From the NCBI GenBank assembly GCA_038231155.1, contig JBBRLY010000013.1:4305-68304 (forward strand): a stretch of DNA of 64,000 bases, given 5' to 3'. Shown one piece after another: positions 8,892 to 17,611 of this stretch. The position numbers and the translations under genes are program-made. The DNA comes from Candidatus Saccharimonadales bacterium (GTDB lineage Bacteria > Patescibacteriota > Saccharimonadia > Saccharimonadales > JANWIN01). Under the pieces are notes generated by a model. The model saw only the letters and a list, made by a program, of their open reading frames with translations, did no database searches and was not told the DNA's origin. The number at the start of each line of letters is the position of its first letter. The stretch's first letter is position 1.

Positions 8892-9847
8892 AAAACGATT
8901 ATGTAATTGAAGCTAAAAACTTAACAAAATCATATGGAGCGACGGAAGTACTTAGAGGCATTAACTTGAGAGTTGTGCGTGGCACTATGTTGGCTCTGCT
9001 TGGACCAAACGGAGCCGGTAAAACAACGACAGTTAGAATCTTAAGCACTCTTTTATCTTTTGATGGTGGTATAGCTACTGTAGAAGGTTACGATGTGGTC
9101 ACACAAGCCGACAAAGTTAGGGGCGTGATTGGCTTAACTGGTCAATCTGCTGCAGTTGACGAGTTGCTTACGGGTCGCGAAAACCTAGTAATGATGGGCC
9201 AGCTGTATCGACTAACACCAGACAGCGCCAAAGCTCGGGCGGTAGAATTGTTAGAAGAATTTGATTTGGTTAAAGCTGCTGACCGGACAGCTAAAACTTA
9301 TTCCGGTGGTATGCGCCGACGTTTAGACCTAGCAGTCAGTTTAATTGCCACTCCACCAGTAATTTTTCTGGACGAACCTACAACTGGACTAGATCCCAGG
9401 TCAAGACTAAGTATGTGGGCAATTATAGAAAAGCTTTTGGATAGTGGCACCACAATTTTACTAACTACACAATATTTGGATGAAGCCGACCAGTTAGCCG
9501 ACAAAATTGTGGTAATTGATGAAGGAGTAGTTATAGCCCAGGGTACTTCTACTGAACTCAAGAGTAAGGTTGGCAATGATCGTTTGGAGCTTATATTCTC
9601 CGGAGAAGCTATTATGAAAAATGCTCTTGAACTTCTTGGCAATAGAGTCATTGATACAGATAGTAAAGATTTTTCTGCAACCGTAATAATTAAGGATCCC
9701 AACGTAGATGTGCGTCAGGTACTTGATTTACTGGCCAATAAGAAGATCAAGGTAGAGTCAATGGCGATTCATAAACCCACACTGGACGATGTCTTTTTAT
9801 CACTTACAGGTAAGCAAAAGTCTACCGAAAACAAGGAGAAAAAGTAA
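8885..9847 (+). CDS. ABC transporter ATP-binding protein (DrrA/ABC-2 subfamily)
   Basis: Walker A GPNGAGKTT, signature YSGGMRRRL, Walker B VIFLDEPTTGLD. Confidence 0.85.
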   Translation: MPKNDYVIEAKNLTKSYGATEVLRGINLRVVRGTMLALLGPNGAGKTTTVRILSTLLSFDGGIATVEGYDVVTQADKVRGVIGLTGQSAAVDELLTGRENLVMMGQLYRLTPDSAKARAVELLEEFDLVKAADRTAKTYSGGMRRRLDLAVSLIATPPVIFLDEPTTGLDPRSRLSMWAIIEKLLDSGTTILLTTQYLDEADQLADKIVVIDEGVVIAQGTSTELKSKVGNDRLELIFSGEAIMKNALELLGNRVIDTDSKDFSATVIIKDPNVDVRQVLDLLANKKIKVESMAIHKPTLDDVFLSLTGKQKSTENKEKK

Positions 9848-10656
9848 TGGCTGTTGAATTAGTTTTTGAGAAAAAGCCAAGATGGTTGCTATCGCTTAAT
9901 GACTCACGGCTAATGGTTAAACGCAGTGCTATGCATATTATTCGTAATACCGATCAATTGCTAGGTGCTTTTTTTCAACCAATCATGTTTTTAGTATTGT
10001 TTGCTACGGTATTTGGTGGAGCGATATCAAAGTCCTTACCGCCAGGCATTAGCTATCTCAACTTTTTGATGGCCGGGATTATAGTTCAAACAGTAGCCTT
10101 TGGGTCAACTACTACAGCCGTTTCAGTCTGTAATGACTTGCAAAAAGGTATTGTTGATAGATTTCGGTCGTTACCTATGTCCAATTTGGCGGTTTTGAAC
10201 GGTCATGTTATTTCCGACCTATTCCGCAATATTATTTCTACTGTAGTAATGTTGTTAACTGGTTTGATTATAGGTTTCCGTAGCCATGCTAGCCCACTGC
10301 ATTGGCTTTATATAGCTGGCATACTTATGCTTTTTACATTAGCCTTTTCGTGGTTAGCGGCGATTGTAGGAGTATTTGCTAAAAGCGTCGAAGCTGTTCA
10401 ATGGCTAACCTTTGTGCTAATTTTTCCATTAACTTTTGCCAGTTCAGCCTTTGTACCAGCATCAAGTTTTCCACGTTATCTAAAACCCTTTGCAGTTAAC
10501 CAACCCATTACACAAGTAGTTGAAGCCGTCCGCGCCTTAATTTTAGGATTACCGGTTGGAAATCACGCTTGGCTAGCTATTTTTTGGAGTTTTGGTACGT
10601 TAGTGGTTGCTATGCCGCTAGCTTCTTGGTTATTCCGTCGTAAAACTTCTCAGTAA
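9847..10656 (+). CDS. ABC-2-type transporter permease
   Basis: 269 aa with about 6 TM segments. Its start overlaps the ATPase stop (ATGA-type coupling). Confidence 0.75.
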   Translation: MAVELVFEKKPRWLLSLNDSRLMVKRSAMHIIRNTDQLLGAFFQPIMFLVLFATVFGGAISKSLPPGISYLNFLMAGIIVQTVAFGSTTTAVSVCNDLQKGIVDRFRSLPMSNLAVLNGHVISDLFRNIISTVVMLLTGLIIGFRSHASPLHWLYIAGILMLFTLAFSWLAAIVGVFAKSVEAVQWLTFVLIFPLTFASSAFVPASSFPRYLKPFAVNQPITQVVEAVRALILGLPVGNHAWLAIFWSFGTLVVAMPLASWLFRRKTSQ

Positions 10657-10690
10657 TGAGACGATGTGATGACATCTTATGCTTTATTCT

Positions 10691-10716
10691 ATTTGTCAAA
10701 GTGCTCTTTGACAAAT
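10691..10716. terminator. 11-bp perfect hairpin between convergent genes
   Basis: ATTTGTCAAAG-tgct-CTTTGACAAAT. There is no clear U-tract on either side. Confidence 0.35.
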
Positions 10717-10750
10717 CTGGTCGCTTTGATGCAGAGCTTAGCGTGTAAGG

Positions 10751-11134
10751 TTAGGAACTCTTTTCTACCCATTTTGAACGCCAAGCAGGTGCTTTAAAAG
10801 ACTCACTCCAATAAGCAGTTTCTTTAGCTATTTTCCCGGATTTAAATTCAAAAATGAATACCGTTTTATATGTCGGTCCGCCATAATTTAGATCGGCTTC
10901 GGCTATCACAAGCTGGCCATCACTTATCATTCTTCTTGGAGTTATCACTGGCAATTGTGGAAATAATTTATATATACCTCTGCGGTTATCGGCGCCAACA
11001 ACTTTTTCACCGGATTGGGGCCAGTCCATAATGGCGTCTTTTAAAAACAGATCATCCATTATTTCGATTTTGCGATCATTAATACATTTTATAAGTTGCG
11101 TTATGACTGCTTCATTTGCTGTATTCTGTGGCAT
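10751..11134 (-). CDS. SnoaL/NTF2-like domain protein
   Basis: 127 aa. The size and pattern (..FLKDAIMDWPQSGEKVVG.., FEFKSGKIAKETAYW) match the SnoaL-like polyketide cyclase fold. Confidence 0.5.
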   Translation of the reverse strand: MPQNTANEAVITQLIKCINDRKIEIMDDLFLKDAIMDWPQSGEKVVGADNRRGIYKLFPQLPVITPRRMISDGQLVIAEADLNYGGPTYKTVFIFEFKSGKIAKETAYWSESFKAPAWRSKWVEKSS

Positions 11135-11196
11135 GTTTGGACTCGGGTTAGCTAAATTAAGTATACTCTTTACACAATTAGACTTGAAAATTTAGG

Positions 11197-11221
11197 TGGT
11201 TGAGCGTGCCGATGTAGAAAC
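11197..11221 (+). repeat. 25-nt intergenic motif, copy 1
   Basis: TGGTTGAGCGTGCCGATGTAGAAAC. It lies 36 nt past the VOC gene stop and 62 nt upstream of the SnoaL-like start. Confidence 0.7.
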
Positions 11222-11256
11222 TTTTTTAAGAATCGTAAATAATGATTGTTTAAAAA

Positions 11257-11688
11257 CTAAGCGTTGCTAGCTTGTAAAATCGAGAAGCGGTTACCTTCTG
11301 TATCTTTTATAGAAATCCATAGACCGACACCGGGGATCATCTGCGGCTCCATGGTATGTTCACCTTTTTGGTTCATACCACCTAGTATTTTCCCGCCAGC
11401 ATCTTGGACGGCTTTCACGGCAACATTGATGTCATCGACAGAAACAACTACCGACGGGGCCTGGCTTAAAGGATTATCAGTTTTTTCGTAAAATCCACCA
11501 TTAATGGCGCCTTTTGTTTGAACCATACCGTTTTCATCAGTTTCAGTAGTGTGGGCGACCACATAATTGCCCATTTCCTCTCCCATATTTTCGGTTTTCC
11601 ACCCAAATACTTTTTGATAAAATTTGACCATTCGATCCTTGTCTTTGTAGCCCATCTCAAAATGCACAACTGGATTTGGCTTGTTCAT
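11257..11688 (-). CDS. VOC (glyoxalase/bleomycin-resistance) family protein
   Basis: 143 aa. VVHFEMGYKDKDRMVKFYQKVFGW is the typical VOC N-terminal beta-alpha-beta module. Confidence 0.65.
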   Translation of the reverse strand: MNKPNPVVHFEMGYKDKDRMVKFYQKVFGWKTENMGEEMGNYVVAHTTETDENGMVQTKGAINGGFYEKTDNPLSQAPSVVVSVDDINVAVKAVQDAGGKILGGMNQKGEHTMEPQMIPGVGLWISIKDTEGNRFSILQASNA

Positions 11689-11742
11689 AGATGATTCTCC
11701 TAATTACATCTTCAGCATAGCATTTTTGTGACGTTCCTAGAA

Positions 11743-11766
11743 TGTCTGAGCATGCCGGTCCAGAAC
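11743..11766 (+). repeat. 25-nt intergenic motif, copy 2
   Basis: TGTCTGAGCATGCCGGTCCAGAAC. A CTGAGCA...TGCTCAG inverted pair sits here (11746-11752 / 11776-11782). Confidence 0.75.
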
Positions 11767-11795
11767 ATGAAACACTGCTCAGCTGTCTCGTAAAG

Positions 11796-12074
11796 TTAGT
11801 ACTGCTTAGTTTCAACTATCTCGGCGGTACGAGCTTGTGGGTTTTTTATCACATCCACGTGACTCCATAGGTCAAGTAACGCGGTATGAGCCGCCTTTGC
11901 CTTGTCCAAGCTCTCAAACTCGAGATCGATCATGACGTAGTTAAGATTGTCGGTTGCGCGCAAGACGCGGTAGCTGCGAACGCCAGACTTTTCCCGGCCG
12001 ATTGGATCACTGTGGAATGCCTTATCCCAGGCATCGAAGTCGCCGACGGGGTGTTCGATTCGTAAAACGTACAT
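11796..12074 (-). CDS. small hypothetical protein (ABM/dimeric alpha-beta-barrel-like), G+C-rich
   Basis: I moved the start to the ATG at 12074, which has GGAG 6 nt upstream; the track start at 12110 has no SD. Sequence begins MYVLRIEHPVGDFDAWDKAF. Locally high G+C. Confidence 0.45.
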   Translation of the reverse strand: MYVLRIEHPVGDFDAWDKAFHSDPIGREKSGVRSYRVLRATDNLNYVMIDLEFESLDKAKAAHTALLDLWSHVDVIKNPQARTAEIVETKQY

Positions 12075-12245
12075 GTAAGCTCCTTCTTTGCGTGTTATTA
12101 ATGAATACATTATAACTCTTTAGCTGATACATGACAGTCAGTAATCTTGACGCAATACGGTTCTTTAATTATGAACGACCTCCCACGAGTATTAAACTAT
12201 GGAGTCAAACCTAGCCTTTCTGGACTTACATGCTGTAATAACTTT

Positions 12246-12270
12246 TGGTTGAGCATACCTGTCTAGACCC
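12246..12270 (+). repeat. 25-nt intergenic motif, copy 3
   Basis: TGGTTGAGCATACCTGTCTAGACCC. Confidence 0.7.
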
Positions 12271-12590
12271 CTGAATTTATCAAATAATTTCTGATTAGAA
12301 TTGTGGGGTTCTGGGACTAAGTTAAACGGATTGAATCCTGTTTCTCGTTTCACCAAGGTCTGCCGTATATGCTAATAGGATAGCCAGCTTTAAAAACTTC
12401 TTGTTTGGGCAAGAAAGGTATCTAAGAAAACCGGCATACCCCTAGAGAATCTTTAAATCATATTGCCTAAAAACCGTGACTGGCCACTATGTTCAGAGTT
12501 ATATTTTTGTTGATCGGCACACCCCAAGCGCTGAATTATGCCTCCTGGTACGCTGACCTATATAGTTATAATAGGTCTGTGTTTGAAAGG

Positions 12591-13088
12591 CTAGACAAGC
12601 AGACTTTTTTCTGTCCGCACATAGTGGCAAGTATAGCCGCCAGGATTATGTTGCAAGTAATCTTGGTGGTAAGCTTCGGCGGTATAAAAGGTCGTAAACT
12701 TTTCTAATGTTGTTACGACAGGATTTTTGTAAAGTCCCGAATGGTTTACCTTTTGAATAATATCTTGCGCAGTATGTAACTCCTTTTCATCCTGGTAGAA
12801 GATCGCAGAGCGATATGACGAACCGGTATCATTACCTTGTCTGTTGAGCGTCGTTGGATCGTGAATTCTGAAAAAGAAATCAAGTATAGTCATGTAGTTA
12901 GTTTTATTAGTGTCGTAGGTGATAGCTAGTGCTTCGGCATGTCCGGGGTGATTACTGTAGTCCGGGTTTTTGTTATCACCACCCGTATAACCAATTTCAG
13001 TGGCAATTATTCCAGGCTGCTCCCGAAATAGCTCCTCCAACCCCCAAAAACAACCACCTGCTAAATATATCGTTCTGTGCGTATTCAT
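12591..13088 (-). CDS. msrA: peptide-methionine (S)-S-oxide reductase
   Basis: 165 aa with the active-site GGCFWG motif near the N-terminus and no signal peptide. Confidence 0.9.
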   Translation of the reverse strand: MNTHRTIYLAGGCFWGLEELFREQPGIIATEIGYTGGDNKNPDYSNHPGHAEALAITYDTNKTNYMTILDFFFRIHDPTTLNRQGNDTGSSYRSAIFYQDEKELHTAQDIIQKVNHSGLYKNPVVTTLEKFTTFYTAEAYHQDYLQHNPGGYTCHYVRTEKSLLV

Positions 13089-13102
13089 AGTTTTATTCTC
13101 CT

Positions 13103-13351
13103 CTATATGTTTAGTGCTGACTTAAAGGCTCGCTGATTGTAGCCGCTAATTTTGATTTGCTTACCGGCATCGTTTGTTATGACAGTAAAAGGCACGCCAA
13201 TCATGCCATCATTTACAGACATGAACTCGGCCATAACTTCCTGGTCTGTATCAGTTATTTTCTTAGTATATTGGAAACCGTTTTTATGTAGCCAATCACC
13301 AAGGCTCTTGCAAGAAGCACAGATAGAGGTGGAATAGATGGTTATGATCAT
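13103..13351 (-). CDS. glutaredoxin/NrdH-like small redoxin
   Basis: 82 aa with a CASC (CxxC) motif after the first beta-strand and a GVPF cis-Pro region. Confidence 0.7.
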   Translation of the reverse strand: MIITIYSTSICASCKSLGDWLHKNGFQYTKKITDTDQEVMAEFMSVNDGMIGVPFTVITNDAGKQIKISGYNQRAFKSALNI

Positions 13352-13370
13352 GAGTTACTCCTTATCATAA

Positions 13371-15080
13371 TTAATTACCAAATGTAAAGGTATTCAGGAT
13401 GACGCCACCCGGCACCTTAAGCTCAATAATGCCACTACTAAAATCCTTAAAACTGGCAATGCGGTATAGATTAGATAGTTGTACGCTTACTTGACTGTTA
13501 GTGACATCAGTTCCAGCATCTCCAGACTGACTAACAGGCTGTCCATTAAAGCTAACTCCAACTGGAGTAGAGGTTGGTGCGCCTCCCACTAAATAGACAT
13601 TTTTGGCGGCAATGTTAATCCTAAGTTTTGCGTTCATGCCTGCCGTTATACTGCCTCCTGATACTTGCCACTCACCCGATAAGCTCCATTGTGAATTGGC
13701 TAGGTTAATTGCGTAGCTGTATGTTTGGTCTGGCTGTGACCCTAATGCTGGTGAACCGCTATAAGCCTGAGCACGATCAGTTCCCAAGTAGGTCTCGGGA
13801 GTTTGGTTTTGATTTATAGGTACGGGTGTATTGGATGGTGCGACGAGGTTTGATGACAATTTTGTTTTGCTTTTTTCACTCAACAACCCTCGAATAGCCT
13901 GTTCGGTCTGGTCGTATTCTCCCTCGCCGAAATGTTCTCGTCGTACGTTGCCATTTTGATCAATAAGGTACTCCGCTGGCCAGTATTGGTTTTGGTAGGC
14001 ATTCCAAGTGGCCAGATTGTCGTCTATGGCAATCGGATAGGTAAGGCCATCTTGCTTTACGGCTGCTGCAACATTAGACGGTATCTTTTCGTACGAGAAT
14101 TCAGGCGCTTCAACCCCCACTACTACTAGACCGTCTTTCTGGTAATGACTATACCATCCCTGTAAGTAGGGCAAGCTTCGGATGCAGTTGATACAAGTGT
14201 AAGTCCAGAAGTCGACCAAGACTACTTTGCCTTTAAGTTGCGCCAGGGTTTGAGGATTACTGTTAATCCAGCTTTGAATTCCAGTAAATTCAGGAGCTTT
14301 GAAAGCGGCTACATTGTAAAGTTTGGAGTTATCGATTGTTTTAGCATTAGACTGTTTTGGTATAAGTTTTGAGCTGAGATTATCAAACTTGAAGGGTGTA
14401 TGATCGGCTACTAGAACCTGCAGTTTTGTACCTGTACCGGTAATTATCATTATGCCGACCAAGATGAATAGTATTGCTAGAGTCCTCTGGAAGTAACCAT
14501 TAGGATTGCTGGCGAACTTTATGCGAGATGTAAGCCTCTGGCCGTAATAACCAACAGCCAGGAGTATCAAGGACAAACCAATGACATATGAAATAATGTA
14601 GGCCATTGCTGTCGCGAAGTGTGCTGGTAAGATAGTTGCTAAAATGTAGCCATATACTGGGCTACAACTCGAAAACACCGGTCCTAAGGCTGCTCCCGTA
14701 ATAATCGGTCCGATCATTTGGCTTCGATTACTGGTGCCCGTTCCAAGTAAACGCTGAGCTCGATGTTCAATACCTAGCTTAGCTATAATAGTAGCGTAGG
14801 TCTGCGGAAATAAGGTGGCTAAACCGAGGGCTACAATAATCCCTCCCGAGAAGTATGTAATAGTAGCTGGCGGGATGTTAATTAGTAAGGTTGTGGCCTT
14901 CAAAAGAACCGTAAAAACTATTAACGATATCGCCAATGACCCAGCTATTAAAAATGGTCGTCGCCGGTCTTTGCTTTCACCGGCTACTGAGCCACCGATA
15001 ATTACCGGTAGAAGTGGAAGCACGCAGGGTGCTAAGACAGTAAGTACTCCGGCAATGAATGCGCCTAACAGCAAAAACAT
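13371..15080 (-). CDS. CcdA/DsbD-type thiol-disulfide transporter fused to a TlpA/ResA-like thioredoxin domain plus a C-terminal beta-rich domain
   Basis: 569 aa. The N-terminal half has 6 TM segments with LAPCVLP and SSCSPVY Cys motifs. The middle has FWTYTCINC (CxxC). The last roughly 190 aa are of unknown function. Confidence 0.7.
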   Translation of the reverse strand: MFLLLGAFIAGVLTVLAPCVLPLLPVIIGGSVAGESKDRRRPFLIAGSLAISLIVFTVLLKATTLLINIPPATITYFSGGIIVALGLATLFPQTYATIIAKLGIEHRAQRLLGTGTSNRSQMIGPIITGAALGPVFSSCSPVYGYILATILPAHFATAMAYIISYVIGLSLILLAVGYYGQRLTSRIKFASNPNGYFQRTLAILFILVGIMIITGTGTKLQVLVADHTPFKFDNLSSKLIPKQSNAKTIDNSKLYNVAAFKAPEFTGIQSWINSNPQTLAQLKGKVVLVDFWTYTCINCIRSLPYLQGWYSHYQKDGLVVVGVEAPEFSYEKIPSNVAAAVKQDGLTYPIAIDDNLATWNAYQNQYWPAEYLIDQNGNVRREHFGEGEYDQTEQAIRGLLSEKSKTKLSSNLVAPSNTPVPINQNQTPETYLGTDRAQAYSGSPALGSQPDQTYSYAINLANSQWSLSGEWQVSGGSITAGMNAKLRINIAAKNVYLVGGAPTSTPVGVSFNGQPVSQSGDAGTDVTNSQVSVQLSNLYRIASFKDFSSGIIELKVPGGVILNTFTFGN

Positions 15081-15343
15081 TATTGACCTGTAGGTGTGCT
15101 ACCGGTTGAGCTTGTAGTAGCGTGCATCATCGCGTCGTGAGCTGCCATCTTGTCAGTTTCTGCTTGTTTCATCGCTGCGTCAGCCGCTGCTTTTTTAACG
15201 GCCTTTGCTTGCATTGTCTGGGAGGTCATCAGGGCATGGTCATTTGAAACCTTATCATTGTGGTGTACGACTAGCGCAGTAGCAGCTGAAAAGCCGATTA
15301 CCGCTATTAAGGCTATAATAATTTGAATATTCTTAGTATTCAT
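15080..15343 (-). CDS. membrane-anchored Met/His/Ala-rich small protein
   Basis: 87 aa with an AGGAGGG SD and one TM helix. Then VVHHND, MTSQTMQ and MAAHDAMMH. It overlaps the downstream gene by 1 nt. Confidence 0.5.
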   Translation of the reverse strand: MNTKNIQIIIALIAVIGFSAATALVVHHNDKVSNDHALMTSQTMQAKAVKKAAADAAMKQAETDKMAAHDAMMHATTSSTGSTPTGQ

Positions 15344-15378
15344 TAGGCTACCCTCCTGAAGTTTTTATGATATTGTTT

Positions 15379-15407
15379 AGTGTAGGATAAGAAATATGTA
15401 AAGTCAA
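15379..15407 (-). promoter_or_regulatory. promoter TTGACT-N17-TACACT for the Met-rich/ccdA/grx/msrA unit
   Basis: Read on the minus strand. The palindrome GTCAA-C-TTGAC (15403-15413) overlaps the -35. Confidence 0.4.
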
Positions 15408-15426
15408 CTTGACATATTAATAAAGC

Positions 15427-15795
15427 TCATTTGCGACTTATCCAGGTACTCACAATCAGTTTCGTAATAACCATTGCACCTAGTGTAATTGCTAACCAAA
15501 GATCGAGATGATGCTGAATAGATTGAATAATGATTGCCACCACTAGTACGCCACCGCCAATAAAATATGAAATGCGACCAGCCATGAGACCATAGAGGGC
15601 TTCGCGTTCGTCATGAGGTTTCTCGCGCCAGATGAACACGGCGAAGGCAATTACCGCAACGGCAAGTATCATTATTAAAGAAAGCGTGACCGCAGAAGTC
15701 ATTAGTATACTGAGTGGATTTATAAGAAGCACCAAAGCAATAACTATGGCTAAGCCTATCAGTCCTTCTGAAGCCTGGGGTAGCCTAAGTTTCAT
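15427..15795 (-). CDS. integral membrane protein (3-4 TM), partner of the XRE regulator
   Basis: 122 aa, strongly hydrophobic. It overlaps the upstream regulator gene by 11 nt. Confidence 0.5.
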   Translation of the reverse strand: MKLRLPQASEGLIGLAIVIALVLLINPLSILMTSAVTLSLIMILAVAVIAFAVFIWREKPHDEREALYGLMAGRISYFIGGGVLVVAIIIQSIQHHLDLWLAITLGAMVITKLIVSTWISRK

Positions 15796-16054
15796 ATTGG
15801 AATACCATTTCTAGGGAGGTGTTAAATTGTCTACTTATTTTAAGCGCTAATAGTACCGAAGGCACATAATTGCCTTTTTCGATTGAGATAATCGTCTGTC
15901 TGGTTACGTTCACCATTTTGCCTAATTCCTCTTGCGTCATTCCAGCTTTTTTACGATATTTCTCAACGCTATTTATAACTTTCTCTCGCGTTGCCATGCA
16001 GACTACTATAGCATCACTTTGTAAAGTTAGTTTAACATTTTCTTTATATATCAT
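15785..16054 (-). CDS. XRE-family HTH transcriptional regulator
   Basis: MTQEELGKMVNVTRQTIISIEKGNYVPSVLLALKISRQF is the Cro/C1-type HTH. The true start may be the ATG at 15997. Confidence 0.75.
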   Translation of the reverse strand: MIYKENVKLTLQSDAIVVCMATREKVINSVEKYRKKAGMTQEELGKMVNVTRQTIISIEKGNYVPSVLLALKISRQFNTSLEMVFQYET

Positions 16055-16148
16055 CAGTCGTTCTTCGAATAAGTATAAGATAAGCTAATCGTTACATCGG
16101 TTCTAACATACTCAATGGCCGACTAAAATTAACAGATACAAAATGAGG

Positions 16149-16173
16149 TGGCTGAGCACCCCGGTCTAGAACC
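16149..16173 (+). repeat. 25-nt intergenic motif, copy 4
   Basis: TGGCTGAGCACCCCGGTCTAGAACC. A partial inverted copy, GGTTCTAAC, lies about 60 nt to its left. Confidence 0.8.
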
Positions 16174-16226
16174 GTTAACCAATAAAGATAGGTTTTACTC
16201 AAGCTATTGTCTGGCAGAGCTTTAAA

Positions 16227-17552
16227 TTACTTTGTAAGTTGATAATTAGTAAAGCCAACATGAGAATCCTCGTTATAAAAGCCTGGTCGGCCAGAAGTAT
16301 ACGGAGTCTGGGTGTCGGTAAATGTAGTAATCAGTTGGTCATTTACGTAGGCGCTAATTTTATTATTACTGTCTTGGAATATTGAGATCTTATACCAGGG
16401 GCCGATAGGATAGCTTGGCGAAGAGCTGTCCGCCAGGAAGCGCTGCGATCCGGGGTAGGCGGGGTCTTCTTTCCCCAGCTCCCAGCCGTTTGTTTTTGGG
16501 GTAAAGTAGTAAAAATGATTGTCGTCGGTGTAATTCCAAACGACCCAAGCAACCTCCCACGGATTTGGAGCTGAACCGGTTCTGAGCTGTTTAAACGTAG
16601 TGAGTAGTGTATTAAACGCTATCGGACCTGAGTGTGACTGACCTAGTACCAATGAGGCATGCGTTTCGGATGCTGAAGTGCTAGCCTTAGGAGATTCGTC
16701 TAAGTAGGTTTGACTTGACGCTGTTTTAATTTGCGTACAGCCGTAACCGTTATAGGTTGATGTCCATTGTCCAAAAGTAGTCCCATCAGGGAAACATAAG
16801 TTTTGGGTGTAGCTAGAAAAATTCTCAACTGTTGCACCGGGTGTTATAACAAGATTGGAAATATCAAGTTTAGTATTACTAGCAGTATCACTAATAAAAA
16901 ATTCTACTCCTTGGTAGGTATTCGGGTTATGAATTATGCTAAGGCAAGCTATTTGTTGGTAACTGGTTGAGCTTTCAGTGTAAGCTACACTTGCGAGAGT
17001 GCTACCTATAGGTGAGCTACCAAACTCTTTGGCTGATAGACTCCCAGTGCTCGTGCCACTTGCAGCCCTAGCCGTTAGACATACGCTGTAACCAGTACCG
17101 GTAAGTCCATTTGCTGTAATAGCTGCCACACCGTTCGATTGATTGGTTGAGTTAGCTATTTGAATAGCATTTGGAGATTTAGAGTTATCACCTATAACTG
17201 AGGCATTTATAGAATTAGCAGGATCAAAATTATGATAGTTTAAAGTTATCTGTGTACCAGTTGATGTCTGTGTCGTAGCTGCATGACTAAACTTAAGACC
17301 TATTACACCAAGTACTCCAAAAAGTATGGCAAAGGCAGCAACCCGACTATAAGTAAATGCACTGGGCTTTTTAGGCAGAGGTTTATACTTTACTTTATTC
17401 GATATTCTTGTGTCTGTTTCTTTTTTATCTAGATTCGCTTGAGTGTTATTAGAGGCGGTTGTGTCATTATCTGATGCAGCGGTTTCATTCTGTTCTTGCG
17501 GGTGATTTTCCATCAACTTTTTTAGATGTCCTTGAGATTTACGATGTTTCAT
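16227..17552 (-). CDS. membrane-anchored secreted protein with C-terminal LamG/DUF1080-like jelly-roll domain
   Basis: 441 aa with a TM helix at about residues 70-90. The C-terminus (WVVWNYTDDNHFYYF...ISAYVNDQLI...GRPGFY) fits the concanavalin-like pattern. Confidence 0.45.
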   Translation of the reverse strand: MKHRKSQGHLKKLMENHPQEQNETAASDNDTTASNNTQANLDKKETDTRISNKVKYKPLPKKPSAFTYSRVAAFAILFGVLGVIGLKFSHAATTQTSTGTQITLNYHNFDPANSINASVIGDNSKSPNAIQIANSTNQSNGVAAITANGLTGTGYSVCLTARAASGTSTGSLSAKEFGSSPIGSTLASVAYTESSTSYQQIACLSIIHNPNTYQGVEFFISDTASNTKLDISNLVITPGATVENFSSYTQNLCFPDGTTFGQWTSTYNGYGCTQIKTASSQTYLDESPKASTSASETHASLVLGQSHSGPIAFNTLLTTFKQLRTGSAPNPWEVAWVVWNYTDDNHFYYFTPKTNGWELGKEDPAYPGSQRFLADSSSPSYPIGPWYKISIFQDSNNKISAYVNDQLITTFTDTQTPYTSGRPGFYNEDSHVGFTNYQLTK

Positions 17553-17611
17553 AACAGCTATTCATAAGTATACCCTCTATTTATGCTAAATATACAAGAG
17601 ACATCTTTAAT

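Noticed and set aside
12328-12355. GGATTGAATCC...CACCA, which looks like a T-arm plus CCA end of a tRNA on the plus strand.
   Set aside because: The register between the hairpin and CCA is wrong for a tRNA. No complementary 5' acceptor strand (GAAACGA) exists within 90 nt upstream.
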